Shown one piece after another: positions 38,862 through 49,124 of a stretch of 64,000 bases of DNA. The stretch's first letter is position 1. The number at the start of each line of letters is the position of its first letter. Where the stretch lies: the NCBI GenBank assembly GCA_902628835.1, contig CACOPD010000003.1, positions 22,053 through 86,052 on the forward strand, written 5' to 3'. The notes under the pieces are model-generated. The model did no database searches. It saw only the letters and a list, made by a program, of their open reading frames with translations, and had not been told where the DNA came from. Source of the DNA: an uncultured Alphaproteobacteria bacterium. Its GTDB lineage: Bacteria > Pseudomonadota > Alphaproteobacteria > HIMB59 > GCA-002718135. Position numbers and translations under genes: made by a program.

Positions 38862-40052
38862 TTAGATATTTTTAAAAATATTATTATAAAAATCTTTTTT
38901 GATATTTTTATCTGCATCTAAAATTTGCATCATTAAAACTGCAGATAAATCATTAATTGGATCAACCAAAAAATATGTGGCTGCGTAACCTGACCAACCA
39001 AATTCACCAATAACACCATATTTGTTTTGTTGTGTATTATTCATCAATACTCTAAATCCTAAGCCCCATCCATAACCATCTAAATCATTTTCATAATTTT
39101 CATCTTTAATTGTATTTGTTGATGTTATTTCGATAGGCAATAAGCTTGTGTCTAATGAATTACAGCGTATAGATTGAAGGGTTTCCTTATTTACTAAAGG
39201 TTTAGAATTTTTATCTTCACCATTAATAAGCATTGTAGCAAATTTTATATAATCTGCAGCAGTTGAAAATAAACCGTGTCCACCCCTAGAGTAATTTTCA
39301 TTATTTAAGGGATATCCATACAAAATTAGTTTTCTTGTACCTAAAGTTAAGTCGGTTAACTTTGATTTAACAATATTATATTCAAAAGTTTCAACTAAAT
39401 TTTTATCTTTATCTTTACTAATAAAAAAATTTGTTTCATTCATTTCTAATGGATAAAAAATATTTTCTTTTAAAATATTTAATAGCTTATCTTTTGTTAC
39501 AACTTCTAAAATTCTAGCTAAAATATCTATAGAAATAGAATAATGCCATTCTGATCCTGGCTCGTAAAGTAGTGGCAAACTCGAAATACTTTCAATTTCC
39601 TCTTCTAAACTTCTAGAAGATGAATGAAACAACTTCTTTTCTTCATAAGCTTCAGCCAAAAAATTATTGCTACTATTGTAAGTAAAGCCTGCTGTATGTT
39701 GCAAAAGTTGTCTTACTGTAGGAGTATTATCTACTTTAATAGTATCGTCTAGTTTACTTGTTAAAGATTTTAGTTTTTTTAGATTTCTAAAATTTGGTAA
39801 ATATTTATCTATAGTATCATCAAGAGATAAAAAGTTTTTTTCTATTAGTTGCATCGCCGCAAAACCAACAATTGGTTTAGTCATGGACCAAATTCTATAA
39901 TAGGAATTTTTATTAAGTTTATTATTTTTTACTAGATCATTATATCCAATTACCTCATGATAAATATTATTTTTATGATTTATTATCCATTCAGCGCCAT
40001 TACATCTTCCTGCATCAATATGTTTTTGAAAATCTAATCTAATATTATCCAT
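38862..40052 (-). CDS. Serine hydrolase of the beta-lactamase (class C / esterase EstB / D-aminopeptidase) family.
   Basis: SxxK motif in RIWSMTKPIVG, with a later YSN-like motif and GHGLFSTAADY typical of the family. Confidence 0.8.
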   Translation of the reverse strand: MDNIRLDFQKHIDAGRCNGAEWIINHKNNIYHEVIGYNDLVKNNKLNKNSYYRIWSMTKPIVGFAAMQLIEKNFLSLDDTIDKYLPNFRNLKKLKSLTSKLDDTIKVDNTPTVRQLLQHTAGFTYNSSNNFLAEAYEEKKLFHSSSRSLEEEIESISSLPLLYEPGSEWHYSISIDILARILEVVTKDKLLNILKENIFYPLEMNETNFFISKDKDKNLVETFEYNIVKSKLTDLTLGTRKLILYGYPLNNENYSRGGHGLFSTAADYIKFATMLINGEDKNSKPLVNKETLQSIRCNSLDTSLLPIEITSTNTIKDENYENDLDGYGWGLGFRVLMNNTQQNKYGVIGEFGWSGYAATYFLVDPINDLSAVLMMQILDADKNIKKDFYNNIFKNI

Positions 40053-40059
40053 AAATGGA

Positions 40060-41058
40060 TTAGATTAAACTCTTTATTTTTTCTATTAGCTCTGTATTGA
40101 TATGTCTCGGACCTTTATCTTCTCTATTAGTATGTCTTCTTTGACCAGGTAACCGCACTCCGTCTAAGGATGTCATTTGTTCAAAAAATTTTTCAGCATG
40201 TTCATTCCAATTTTTTCCTGCAATAAGCTCAGGGGATAAAGCCATAATAAACTCACCTCCCCGTGCTGGACCTCCATCGTTATTATCCTCTACTTTTGCT
40301 TCAAAACTAAAAAGATCTCCAACTAGACCAGCAGCTAGTAATTCAATCATCATAGCTATAGCAGAACCTTTATAATCACCAAATGTCAAAAGCACTCCAC
40401 CATTTGCTATTTGATTTGGATCATCAGTTTTTTCACCATCTTTATTTAGTCCTGTTCCAAATGGTACTTTGTGACCATCTCTAGCTGCAACCTGAACTTC
40501 ACCCATTGCCATCGTAGAAGTTGCCATGTCATAAACAACAGGAGTATTATTTTTTCTAGGCCATGCAAATGAAATTGGATTGGTTCCAAATAATGGTTTT
40601 TTTGCACCAGCCGGAGCTACACTTGGCTTATATGCTGTACAAGCGATACCGATTAAATTATTTTCAGCAAGAGCTTCAGTCTCATGCCACAAAGCAGCAA
40701 AGTGGTGAGTATTAGCAATTGTTAATACGCCAACTCCATGTTTATTTGAAGTTTTAATTAATTCAGGTAAACCAACTTTTATTCCTACTGGAGCAAAGCC
40801 ATAATCTCCATCAACACGAATAGTATTTTGTGTGAGATAATTACTAGTAGGCCGAGAAACAGCATTTACTTTTTTACTCTTTAAAGAAGCTACATATCCT
40901 GGAATTCTAAATAAACCATGAGAAACACTTCCATCTCTCTCAGCGTGAGTTACAGTTGTTGCAACACAATCAGCATTTAGATGATCACAACCATTTTTTG
41001 TAAGTGCTTCAAAAGCTAATTCATATATTTTTTCTAATTCTAAAGGAGTTGTATTCAT
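40060..41058 (-). CDS. Ldh2-family (type 2 malate/L-lactate dehydrogenase) NAD(P)H oxidoreductase.
   Basis: Contains HAERDGSVSHGLFR, NTHHF, PLFGTNPISFAWP, DMATS and GDYKGSAIAMMIELLAG. The family includes ureidoglycolate dehydrogenase and Pyr2C/Pip2C reductase. Confidence 0.85.
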   Translation of the reverse strand: MNTTPLELEKIYELAFEALTKNGCDHLNADCVATTVTHAERDGSVSHGLFRIPGYVASLKSKKVNAVSRPTSNYLTQNTIRVDGDYGFAPVGIKVGLPELIKTSNKHGVGVLTIANTHHFAALWHETEALAENNLIGIACTAYKPSVAPAGAKKPLFGTNPISFAWPRKNNTPVVYDMATSTMAMGEVQVAARDGHKVPFGTGLNKDGEKTDDPNQIANGGVLLTFGDYKGSAIAMMIELLAAGLVGDLFSFEAKVEDNNDGGPARGGEFIMALSPELIAGKNWNEHAEKFFEQMTSLDGVRLPGQRRHTNREDKGPRHINTELIEKIKSLI

Positions 41059-41091
41059 TTACTTTTCTTAAATATTTAATATTATTAGTGA

Positions 41092-42462
41092 ATGGATAGA
41101 GGATTATTAGACAATTTGAAAGACCTTTTACAAGAAAGAATTTCATTTTCAGAAAGTGTTCGAAATAATCACGCCAAAGGTGAAGATGCCTATGATCCTA
41201 TATTACCGAGAGCTGTTTTATTTCCAAAAAATAATGAGGAGCTCTCAAAAATACTAAAAATTTGTAACGAATTCAAGGTACCTGTAACTGCTTATGGAAC
41301 TGGGACATCACTGGAAGGTCATGTAGTTGGCAACGAAGAAGGTTTTACAATTTCAATGGAAAATTTTAATAAAATAATTTCAATCAATGAACAAGATTTT
41401 GACTGTCGGGTTCAAGCTAATGTATCACGTGAACAACTTAATGAAGTACTTAAAGATAAAGGGGTATTCTTTCCTATTGATCCTGGTGCAAATGCATCTT
41501 TAGGTGGTATGACTGCTTGTTCTGCATCAGGAACAATGGCTGTAAGATACGGAACAATGAGAACAACTGTTTTAGGTCTAACTGTAGTTTTAGCGAATGG
41601 TAATATAATAAAAACTGGCACAAGAGCAAAAAAAACTTCTGCAGGATATAATTTGACCAATCTTTTTGTTGGTTCTGAAGGTACACTTGGAATAATCACT
41701 GAGATTCATCTTAGATTATCACCAATACCAGAAAGTATAATGAGCGCTGTATGTCAATTTCCAGATCTTGACTCAGCTGTATTAACTGCACAAGAAATTA
41801 TCCAATATGGCGTACCAATTGCAAGAGTGGAATTGTTAAATAAAGATCAGATGGATATCAGTATAAAGTATTCAAAACTAGAGAATTTAGACAGTTTACC
41901 GACACTTTTTTATGAATTTCATGGAAGTGAAATTGCAAATAAAGAATCAATTGAAATAGTTGAGGAGATCTCTAAAAACAACCATGGCAGTGAATTTAAA
42001 TGGGCAGTAAACACAGAGGAAAGAAATAAAATTTGGAAAGCAAGACACAATGTTTATTATTCAGTTAAAGCAGAAGGAGATAATGTAAGGGTTTACGCTA
42101 CTGATGTTTGTGTACCTATTTCAAATATTGTTGAGTGTATTAAATTTGCGGAAAATGAACTTCAGGGCACTGGGCTAAAAGCACCTATGGTTGGCCACGT
42201 AGGTGATGGAAATTTTCATGTAACTATTGTCTATGATCCTAACAAAGATAATGAATATCAATATATAAGAGAGTTTAGCGATAAATTAATTGATAAAGCA
42301 CTTAAAATGGACGGGACAATAACAGGAGAACATGGAATTGGTCTTCAGAAAAAGGAGTATTTATTAAGACAACACCCAGATAATATTCCTTTAATGAAAT
42401 TAATTAAGAAAAGTTTTGATCCAAATAATATTTTAAACCCAGGTAAAATATTTGATATTTGA
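41092..42462 (+). CDS. FAD-linked oxidase (D-lactate dehydrogenase / glycolate oxidase GlcD-like).
   Basis: FAD_binding_4-type N-terminal half (PVTAYGTGTSLEGH, GVFFPIDPG, GGM…SG, FVGSEGTLGIITE). The C-terminal half has GDGNFH and GTITGEHGIG. Confidence 0.85.
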   Translation: MDRGLLDNLKDLLQERISFSESVRNNHAKGEDAYDPILPRAVLFPKNNEELSKILKICNEFKVPVTAYGTGTSLEGHVVGNEEGFTISMENFNKIISINEQDFDCRVQANVSREQLNEVLKDKGVFFPIDPGANASLGGMTACSASGTMAVRYGTMRTTVLGLTVVLANGNIIKTGTRAKKTSAGYNLTNLFVGSEGTLGIITEIHLRLSPIPESIMSAVCQFPDLDSAVLTAQEIIQYGVPIARVELLNKDQMDISIKYSKLENLDSLPTLFYEFHGSEIANKESIEIVEEISKNNHGSEFKWAVNTEERNKIWKARHNVYYSVKAEGDNVRVYATDVCVPISNIVECIKFAENELQGTGLKAPMVGHVGDGNFHVTIVYDPNKDNEYQYIREFSDKLIDKALKMDGTITGEHGIGLQKKEYLLRQHPDNIPLMKLIKKSFDPNNILNPGKIFDI

Positions 42463-42503
42463 AGTTTAAAAATCAGTCTATATTTATGTAAATCATAATA
42501 TAA

Positions 42504-43547
42504 TTATTTTAAGTTTTTTATATCTTCATTATATGCAAATACAGCTGGACTTCCTCCAGTATAAACAAAAATTACGTTATCTCCTTTTTTAATAATACCC
42601 TTTTGAACATAATCTATTAGAGCTGCAAAACCCTTAGAAGTGTATACAGGATCAAGAATTATAGATTCCTTTTTTGCTAAAAGCTTCATAGCATCAATTC
42701 CTTCTTTTGTAGTAGCTCCATATTTTTCACCTACATAAGTATTGTCATGATTAATCATTTCATGACTAAATTTCATATTTATATCAAGTAGCTTAGCTCC
42801 TTCATTACAAATGCGAGCAATATCCTTTTTGATATCCATTTCCCAATAAACAGGAGAGATACCTTGGATCCGAGTTGGCCAATTTAATATTTTTGCCCCT
42901 AACTCACAGCCAGCTTGTGTCATATTAGCAGCCGTAACAAATAAGTGATCTGCCATAAAATTTTGTTCTCTCATTTGTAAATCAATTTCAGCCATAGCAT
43001 TTGTATAACTAATTCCAGCAAGAGTTGTATCCTCTTTTCCAAATCCACCGTATATAAGTAGAGGTTTTCGACCCTGTTTTATTAGTTCTTTATATTTTCT
43101 ATCTAGATGCTTTGGTATTTCTTCTAAATTCTCTCCATCAACTACATCAACGTTAGCTCCTAAAATATTATATAATAAAAAATTGCCTTGCATTAACTTA
43201 CCTTTTATTCCGTGCATTAATACTAAGTAACTATCTAAATTTAATTTATTTGCTGCTGCTACAGCTTGACGACAAAAATTTGATTGAGAAGAAGCTCCAG
43301 TTAAAATACAATCATACTCTCCAGATAGAGTTTTAGCCATTATAAATTCTAGATGTCTTGTTTTGTTCCCTCCAAAAGCAAGGGCTGTGCAATCATCTCT
43401 TTTTATATATAGATTTATATTTAGCTCTTTAGAAATATTAGGGGCATATTCAAGAACAGTTGGTAGTTGAGCTAATTGAATTCTTGGAATTTTATTTATT
43501 CTTGAAACTAATTCTTTAGCTGATAACGGATTAAAATTAATATTCAT
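42504..43547 (-). CDS. PLP-dependent enzyme of the ACC deaminase / D-cysteine desulfhydrase family.
   Basis: Contains KRDDCTALAFGGNKTRHLEF (the GGNKxRKLE-type Lys motif) and a YTGG C-terminal motif. The tryptophan-synthase-beta-like fold is inferred. Confidence 0.8.
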   Translation of the reverse strand: MNINFNPLSAKELVSRINKIPRIQLAQLPTVLEYAPNISKELNINLYIKRDDCTALAFGGNKTRHLEFIMAKTLSGEYDCILTGASSQSNFCRQAVAAANKLNLDSYLVLMHGIKGKLMQGNFLLYNILGANVDVVDGENLEEIPKHLDRKYKELIKQGRKPLLIYGGFGKEDTTLAGISYTNAMAEIDLQMREQNFMADHLFVTAANMTQAGCELGAKILNWPTRIQGISPVYWEMDIKKDIARICNEGAKLLDINMKFSHEMINHDNTYVGEKYGATTKEGIDAMKLLAKKESIILDPVYTSKGFAALIDYVQKGIIKKGDNVIFVYTGGSPAVFAYNEDIKNLK

Positions 43548-43577
43548 TTTTACAACTACACTCTCTAATTTTTAAAA

Positions 43578-45311
43578 TTAATGACTATGTCTTTTAACTT
43601 CTGATCCTCTTTTACCAATTAGAAAGTCTAAATCTGCACCTTTATCAGCTTGCATTACGTGATCAACATACATTTTTTGATAACCCCCAGTAATTTCAGG
43701 TAAGACTGGAGAATAATTTTCTAAACGATTTTTAATAGTGTAATCGTCAACTTTAAGGTTCATCATACCTTGATTAACATCAATTTCAATTTGATCTCCA
43801 TTTTGAACAGCAGCTAAAGGCCCCTTTACCGCTGCTTCAGGTGCAGTATGTAGAATTACAGTACCATAAGCTGTACCACTCATCCTCGCATCTGAAATCC
43901 TAATCATATCTCTAACTCCTTTTTTTAGAATCTTTTGAGGCAGCCTCATGTTACCAACTTCTGCCATACCTGGATAACCTCTAGGACCACAATTTTTTAA
44001 AACTAAAATACAAGTCTCATCCACATCAAGTTTTGGATCATCTATTTTATCGTGAAATTCTTCAACACTTTCAAAAACCACTGCTCTTCCCGTATGCTTC
44101 ATTAATTCTGGTGATGCAGCAGAAGGTTTAATTATTGCACCATTAGGTGCAATATTTCCCCAAAGAATTTTTATTCCTCCATTTTCAGTTAAAGGTTTTT
44201 CAAATTCTTTAATAACTTCGTTATTCCAACATTTAGCATCTTTATTATTCTCTCCAATAGTTTTCCCATTTACTGTCATTTCATTTTCATCTAGTAATTT
44301 TTTTTCAAGCAATCTTTTGATAACTACTGGTACCCCTCCAGCGTAGTAAAAATCTTCCATTAAATATTTTCCAGATGGTTGTAAATTAACTAATGTAGGA
44401 ATACCTTCTCCACACTTATTCCAATCATCTAATTCTAGGTCAATTTCTAATCGTCCTGCAATAGCAGCTAAATGAATTACTGCATTGGTTGATCCTCCTA
44501 TAGCTCCATTGACTTTTATTGCATTTTCAAAAGATTTTTTTGTTACAATTTTTGACATTGTCATATTTTCTTTGACCATTTCAACAATTCTTTTTCCAGA
44601 CATATGAGATAAAGCATATCGTCTAGAGTCAACAGCAGGTATTGCTGCATTGCCTGGTAATGACATTCCAAGTGCTTCAACCATTGATCCCATTGTAGAT
44701 GCAGTGCCCATTGTCATACAATTACCTTTTGATCTGCTCATTGATATTTCAGCATTTATAAAATCTTCCTCTGTTATTATTCCTGCATTTAAATCAGCAT
44801 CAAGTTTCCAAACACCTGTGCCCGAACCAATAATTTCACCTTGATGATGACCATTTAACATTGGTCCTCCAGAAATACCTATAGTCGGCAAGTCTACACT
44901 AGCAGCGCCCATCATCAGTGAAGGAGTTGTTTTATCACATCCCATTAAAAGTACGACTCCATCTATTGGGTTTCCTCTTATAGCTTCTTCAACGTCCATA
45001 CTTGCTAAGTTTCTAAATAACATTGCGGTTGGTCTAAGATTTGATTCACTTGCAGAAAAAACAGGGAACTCTAAAGGAAAACCACCAGCTTCATACACGC
45101 CTTTTTTTACTGACTCTGCTATCTCTCTAAAATGTCCATTACAAGGAGTTAATTCAGACCAAGTATTACAAATTCCAATAACTGGACGACCATCAAATAA
45201 ATGGTTTGGGTGTCCTTGATTTCTCATCCACCCTCTATGTATGAAAGTATCTCTTCTATGTAATTTAGAGTTGTACCAATCCGATGATCTAAATTTGTTT
45301 TTTTTATTCAC
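43578..45311 (-). CDS. IlvD/Edd-family dehydratase of the pentonate (xylonate/arabinonate) dehydratase type.
   Basis: Contains RS.DWY…HRGWMRNQG, GRPVIGICNTWSELTPCNGH, MGCDKTTP, CMTMGTASTM and GGSTNAVIHL. The N-terminal pattern matches XylD/AraC-type enzymes rather than ILV IlvD. Confidence 0.85.
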   Translation of the reverse strand: MNKKNKFRSSDWYNSKLHRRDTFIHRGWMRNQGHPNHLFDGRPVIGICNTWSELTPCNGHFREIAESVKKGVYEAGGFPLEFPVFSASESNLRPTAMLFRNLASMDVEEAIRGNPIDGVVLLMGCDKTTPSLMMGAASVDLPTIGISGGPMLNGHHQGEIIGSGTGVWKLDADLNAGIITEEDFINAEISMSRSKGNCMTMGTASTMGSMVEALGMSLPGNAAIPAVDSRRYALSHMSGKRIVEMVKENMTMSKIVTKKSFENAIKVNGAIGGSTNAVIHLAAIAGRLEIDLELDDWNKCGEGIPTLVNLQPSGKYLMEDFYYAGGVPVVIKRLLEKKLLDENEMTVNGKTIGENNKDAKCWNNEVIKEFEKPLTENGGIKILWGNIAPNGAIIKPSAASPELMKHTGRAVVFESVEEFHDKIDDPKLDVDETCILVLKNCGPRGYPGMAEVGNMRLPQKILKKGVRDMIRISDARMSGTAYGTVILHTAPEAAVKGPLAAVQNGDQIEIDVNQGMMNLKVDDYTIKNRLENYSPVLPEITGGYQKMYVDHVMQADKGADLDFLIGKRGSEVKRHSH

Positions 45312-45343
45312 TAATAAAAGTTTTATCTAATTAAAGTAAAAAA

Positions 45344-46219
45344 TCAAATTTTAAATTTATTATCTTCTAAACCAGGAGTATTTAGATTTAATGCAAATAA
45401 ACCACCGTCATAGTTATGTTTACCTTCATTGAACGCAGTAGTTATATAGAGAGTTTTTAGATCACTTCCTCCAAATACGCAATTTGTAACATTTTCTACA
45501 GGCAATTCATAAATCTGATCAATATTCCCATTGGGATCAATTCTTACCACACATGACCCACCCCAACGACAGTTCCATATATATCCCTCACTATCAATCG
45601 TAGAGCCATCTGGTAATCCACGTTCAAAATCAAAAAAAACTTTTTTATCTGATAAAGAGCCATCATCTAAATTAAAATTATATTCAAGCAATGAACCGTC
45701 TGTTGTATCAGCGAAATAAAATTTTAAATTGTCAGGACTCCAAATAAATGTGTTAGGAATACCAAGGTTTTTTTCTACAATATTTAATTGATTATCTGAT
45801 AAGCAATATAAACTTCCAGATTTAGTATTTAAAGGTTTAGGACTGCCATCTGAATTGAAATTGTTTTGCATTGTACCAAACCACAATCTACCTTTAGCAT
45901 CAGAACCTCCATCGTTAGATCTATTTGTAGAAATATCATTTTCTACATTTATTAATCTTTCATATTTTTTTGTTTGAAGATTAAATTTGTTAACACCATT
46001 GTTTGACACTAAAGCAATTTCATTGTTTGAAATTATAGATGATGCTGTAACAAATTCTGGTAGATCATAAGTTTCTAATTTTTCAGTTTGTAGGTTTAAT
46101 CTGAATAATACCGATTTTGGTTTAATATCAACCCAAAATAGGCTTCCATCAAATGAAGACCAAGTTATTCCTTCTCCTAAACTATTTTTAACATCCAGGA
46201 ATAATTCAACATTACTCAT
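45344..46219 (-). CDS. SMP-30/gluconolactonase/LRE-family lactonase.
   Basis: Contains LGEGITW, LFWVDI, NDGGSDAKGRLWFGTM, PNTFIWSPD, PDGSTIDSEGYIWN and LYITTA, the six-blade propeller lactonase signatures. Confidence 0.85.
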   Translation of the reverse strand: MSNVELFLDVKNSLGEGITWSSFDGSLFWVDIKPKSVLFRLNLQTEKLETYDLPEFVTASSIISNNEIALVSNNGVNKFNLQTKKYERLINVENDISTNRSNDGGSDAKGRLWFGTMQNNFNSDGSPKPLNTKSGSLYCLSDNQLNIVEKNLGIPNTFIWSPDNLKFYFADTTDGSLLEYNFNLDDGSLSDKKVFFDFERGLPDGSTIDSEGYIWNCRWGGSCVVRIDPNGNIDQIYELPVENVTNCVFGGSDLKTLYITTAFNEGKHNYDGGLFALNLNTPGLEDNKFKI

Positions 46220-46263
46220 AGTTAACAGTAATATTATAAAATTAGAAATATATGAAGTTAAGA

Positions 46264-47268
46264 TTAAAGATAATGAGCTTTATCTTTAATACGAGCCATT
46301 ACTTCTTTTGTAGCTTCTTCTGAGCCATCATGAAAAGTTCCCATAAGTTTATCTAAAAAACTTGTGTTGCCGCCAGAGTAATTACATTCAAAATATTTGT
46401 GATGGATATAATGCATATAGTCTCCTGTTGGTATTGCTACACCATTTTTAAAAGTCATTTTTTCATATCCTGTATGTCCTGGTGTTGGAGCTAAACCTGC
46501 ATGAAAAACATGATACATTGCAACTAAAGGATGAGAGGGAATAATCCAATGAATAAGAATACCTGAGAAATAAAGTATATGTTCTATTGGATGCATAGAC
46601 ATACCCGACCAGGCTCCTGTGTTGGTATTACGATGATGAACTTTATGAGCTATTTTATAAAGAGGTCCCCAATGTAATAATCTATGTGTTAAATAAAAAT
46701 GTGCATCTCTGATAAAAGGAACAAGAAAAAACATGAAACAACAATATATTGGATAAATTTCCCAACTAACGTAGGGAATTAATTGATTTGCAAATGCCCA
46801 AAATGTAACTACTTCATAAGCGGTCCAAAATGGGATAGCGCTACAAAAAGTATAGAATAAATTATCTTTTGTTTGATCGTTAAATAAAAACTTTTTATGC
46901 TTTTCTAAGGGTCTGGGATTATATTTAAAAGAAGTTCCTTGGGTTTTTAATTTTAGGTGAAAAAAACCTGTCCATACAAGTATAATTGCTGCATTTCTGA
47001 AAAAAATATAAGATATCCAGCCAACTTCAAAAGTCTTCATAGTTTCCAATGAAGGTGTTAAAAATAAATAGGTTGCTACTGTTATTGCACCAAAAACAAA
47101 TGTCCATGGAAAGAAAATTCCTGGAAATTTAAAAAAATATTTAAACAATTTTATTGGATTATAAAAAATTTCTCTAGGTGGGTTTATGCTTATAGTACCG
47201 AAAGGTTTCCAATGCCCTCTCTTGTCTCTAGTACCATAATTTTCATCATTTAATTTATCTTTGCTCAC
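46264..47268 (-). CDS. Membrane fatty-acid-hydroxylase / sterol-desaturase superfamily di-iron oxygenase.
   Basis: Several TM helices plus His boxes HFYLTHRLLHW, HKVHHRN, HPIEH and HYIHHKY. Confidence 0.8.
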   Translation of the reverse strand: MSKDKLNDENYGTRDKRGHWKPFGTISINPPREIFYNPIKLFKYFFKFPGIFFPWTFVFGAITVATYLFLTPSLETMKTFEVGWISYIFFRNAAIILVWTGFFHLKLKTQGTSFKYNPRPLEKHKKFLFNDQTKDNLFYTFCSAIPFWTAYEVVTFWAFANQLIPYVSWEIYPIYCCFMFFLVPFIRDAHFYLTHRLLHWGPLYKIAHKVHHRNTNTGAWSGMSMHPIEHILYFSGILIHWIIPSHPLVAMYHVFHAGLAPTPGHTGYEKMTFKNGVAIPTGDYMHYIHHKYFECNYSGGNTSFLDKLMGTFHDGSEEATKEVMARIKDKAHYL

Positions 47269-47271
47269 AAC

Positions 47272-48105
47272 CTAGCCTCTTTTTTCTAAATTATTTAAAA
47301 ATATATCTAATTCATTTTCTTTAATCTCTACAATATTTTTTTTCTCAGGAAAAGTGCCAGAATGTACATCGTCATAAAACTCTTGGAAAGCTGTCTCTCT
47401 TTCTTTTTGAAGTCTAGCGAATTCTTGTTGAAAATCCCTATATTTTTTTGCATGACGCGGTATTTTACCTTTTGTGGTTCCTAATATGTCGCATCCGAAA
47501 ACATACTCTACATCACAACCAGGTCCACTTCCCATTGACATAACTGTTGGTTGTACTTTTTTTGAAATAACCTCTGCGATTTTGTAGGGCACACACTCCA
47601 TCTCTATAGCAACTCCTCCGGCATCTTGAATTTTTAAACACTGGTCATACACCCACATAGCTTCATCGGCAGTTTTACCAACTGCTACAAATCCACCAGT
47701 CCATGTTCTTTTTGGAGGAACTAAACCAACATGTCCCAGACAAGGGATACCCTCTCTATATAATTCTTTTATGAGATCAAAACGCGTATTACAATAAAGC
47801 ATATCAAAACCGTGTTCTAATATCTTAAAAGAAAATTTTTTTGCCTCATCAATTGTAGGGATAAAACTATCAGGGGCACCACAGTGCATAAATGCAGTTG
47901 GGGCGGCTTCTCTCATTTTTACTAATTGATCAAAATTTGGATGACCATCTTCATTTTTATACTTGCCTGCTAAACCAGTAGCAAGCATTTCAAAACCAAC
48001 TTTATCAGCTGCTAATGCCTCCTCTTCATTTTTAATTAATATACAAACTAATTTTTTTTTACTTTTAAAGTTTTGCAAATCTTTAACCGTTATTTTTTTT
48101 ATCAT
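47272..48105 (-). CDS. PanB-like (ketopantoate hydroxymethyltransferase family) protein, divergent, copy 1.
   Basis: Clear similarity to the PanB C-terminal half: GIPCLGHVGLVPPKRTWTGGFVAVGKT, AGGVAIEMECVP and SMGSGPGCDVEYVF…GKIPRHAKKY. The canonical N-terminal GDSLGM / ADLPF / KIEGG segments are replaced by ATGLAGK / MHCGAP / MLYCNT. Confidence 0.7.
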   Translation of the reverse strand: MIKKITVKDLQNFKSKKKLVCILIKNEEEALAADKVGFEMLATGLAGKYKNEDGHPNFDQLVKMREAAPTAFMHCGAPDSFIPTIDEAKKFSFKILEHGFDMLYCNTRFDLIKELYREGIPCLGHVGLVPPKRTWTGGFVAVGKTADEAMWVYDQCLKIQDAGGVAIEMECVPYKIAEVISKKVQPTVMSMGSGPGCDVEYVFGCDILGTTKGKIPRHAKKYRDFQQEFARLQKERETAFQEFYDDVHSGTFPEKKNIVEIKENELDIFLNNLEKRG

Positions 48106-48107
48106 AA

Positions 48108-49121
48108 TTAATTTGTACCTGGTACCTCAACATCCAAATAATAGTTTTTATCTTTTGCTTGTCTGAAAATAGCAGGAATAATTTCTTTATAAGCGTTTAT
48201 TACTCCTTTTTTTGGAAGTGGCATTTGTTCTTTTACTACTTGATGAAAAGCTTTGAGATTATGACAAGGGATTTTAGGAAAAATATGATGCTCAATATGA
48301 TATTCCATACTTGAATATAAAAAACTAAAAAAAGGATTCATAATTACTGTTCTTGTACTTTTCCTATGATCTTTAATATTATCTGCTAATCCAGCATGTT
48401 GGGTCATTCCACATATCATAAGAATTGTATTTCCATAAAATGGAGGAAGAATTAACATAATTATTGGCAGCCAAGTTTTAAAAAGGATTGAAGCAGCAAT
48501 TATAATTAACCAAAAACCAACATACAGCCTTGAACTATTTATGATTTTTATAATTTCTTTTTCAGGTACTGTGATTTTTACAACAGGTGTGATTATTCCT
48601 AATGAATGTTTTATTATTTCAAAATGTGTAAAATGTCTTATTTTTTGAATATTAATTAAAGGACCTAGTGGTAAAAAATTTAAAAGAAATCTTATAGGTT
48701 CAGTGGGTTTAGGACTATTGTTTTCATAATCATATACTTCCTCATGAGTAAAAATTGTGTAGGTGTGGTGATGAAAATGACTCCATTTCCATCTGACTGC
48801 TTCAAAACCTCCTAATAATGAAGTGATGTGGTAGAAAAATTTATTTAAACCTCTTGTCTTAAAATATGTTTCATGGTTAGTTTCATGCTGAATACTGATA
48901 ATTTTACAATAAAAAATGTTTCCATAAAGAAGAAGCGCAGGTATTGACCACAATGTTCCCCAAGTAAATATGCATAAATATCCACTTATTAATAACATAA
49001 TGATGAAAATGGATATATCTACGATACCTTTAAAGTCTGATCGTTTAGATAATTTTTTTAGAATTTTTTTATCTATATTTGGCTTATACCAAGTTTTTAA
49101 ATCAACCTCGCCTGCGTACAT
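48108..49121 (-). CDS. Membrane fatty-acid-desaturase-family di-iron oxygenase, copy 1.
   Basis: Has TM helices and the three His boxes HETNHE, HFHHHTYT and HIEHHIFP. It is a paralog of 51559..52545. Confidence 0.8.
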   Translation of the reverse strand: MYAGEVDLKTWYKPNIDKKILKKLSKRSDFKGIVDISIFIIMLLISGYLCIFTWGTLWSIPALLLYGNIFYCKIISIQHETNHETYFKTRGLNKFFYHITSLLGGFEAVRWKWSHFHHHTYTIFTHEEVYDYENNSPKPTEPIRFLLNFLPLGPLINIQKIRHFTHFEIIKHSLGIITPVVKITVPEKEIIKIINSSRLYVGFWLIIIAASILFKTWLPIIMLILPPFYGNTILMICGMTQHAGLADNIKDHRKSTRTVIMNPFFSFLYSSMEYHIEHHIFPKIPCHNLKAFHQVVKEQMPLPKKGVINAYKEIIPAIFRQAKDKNYYLDVEVPGTN

Positions 49122-49124
49122 TAA

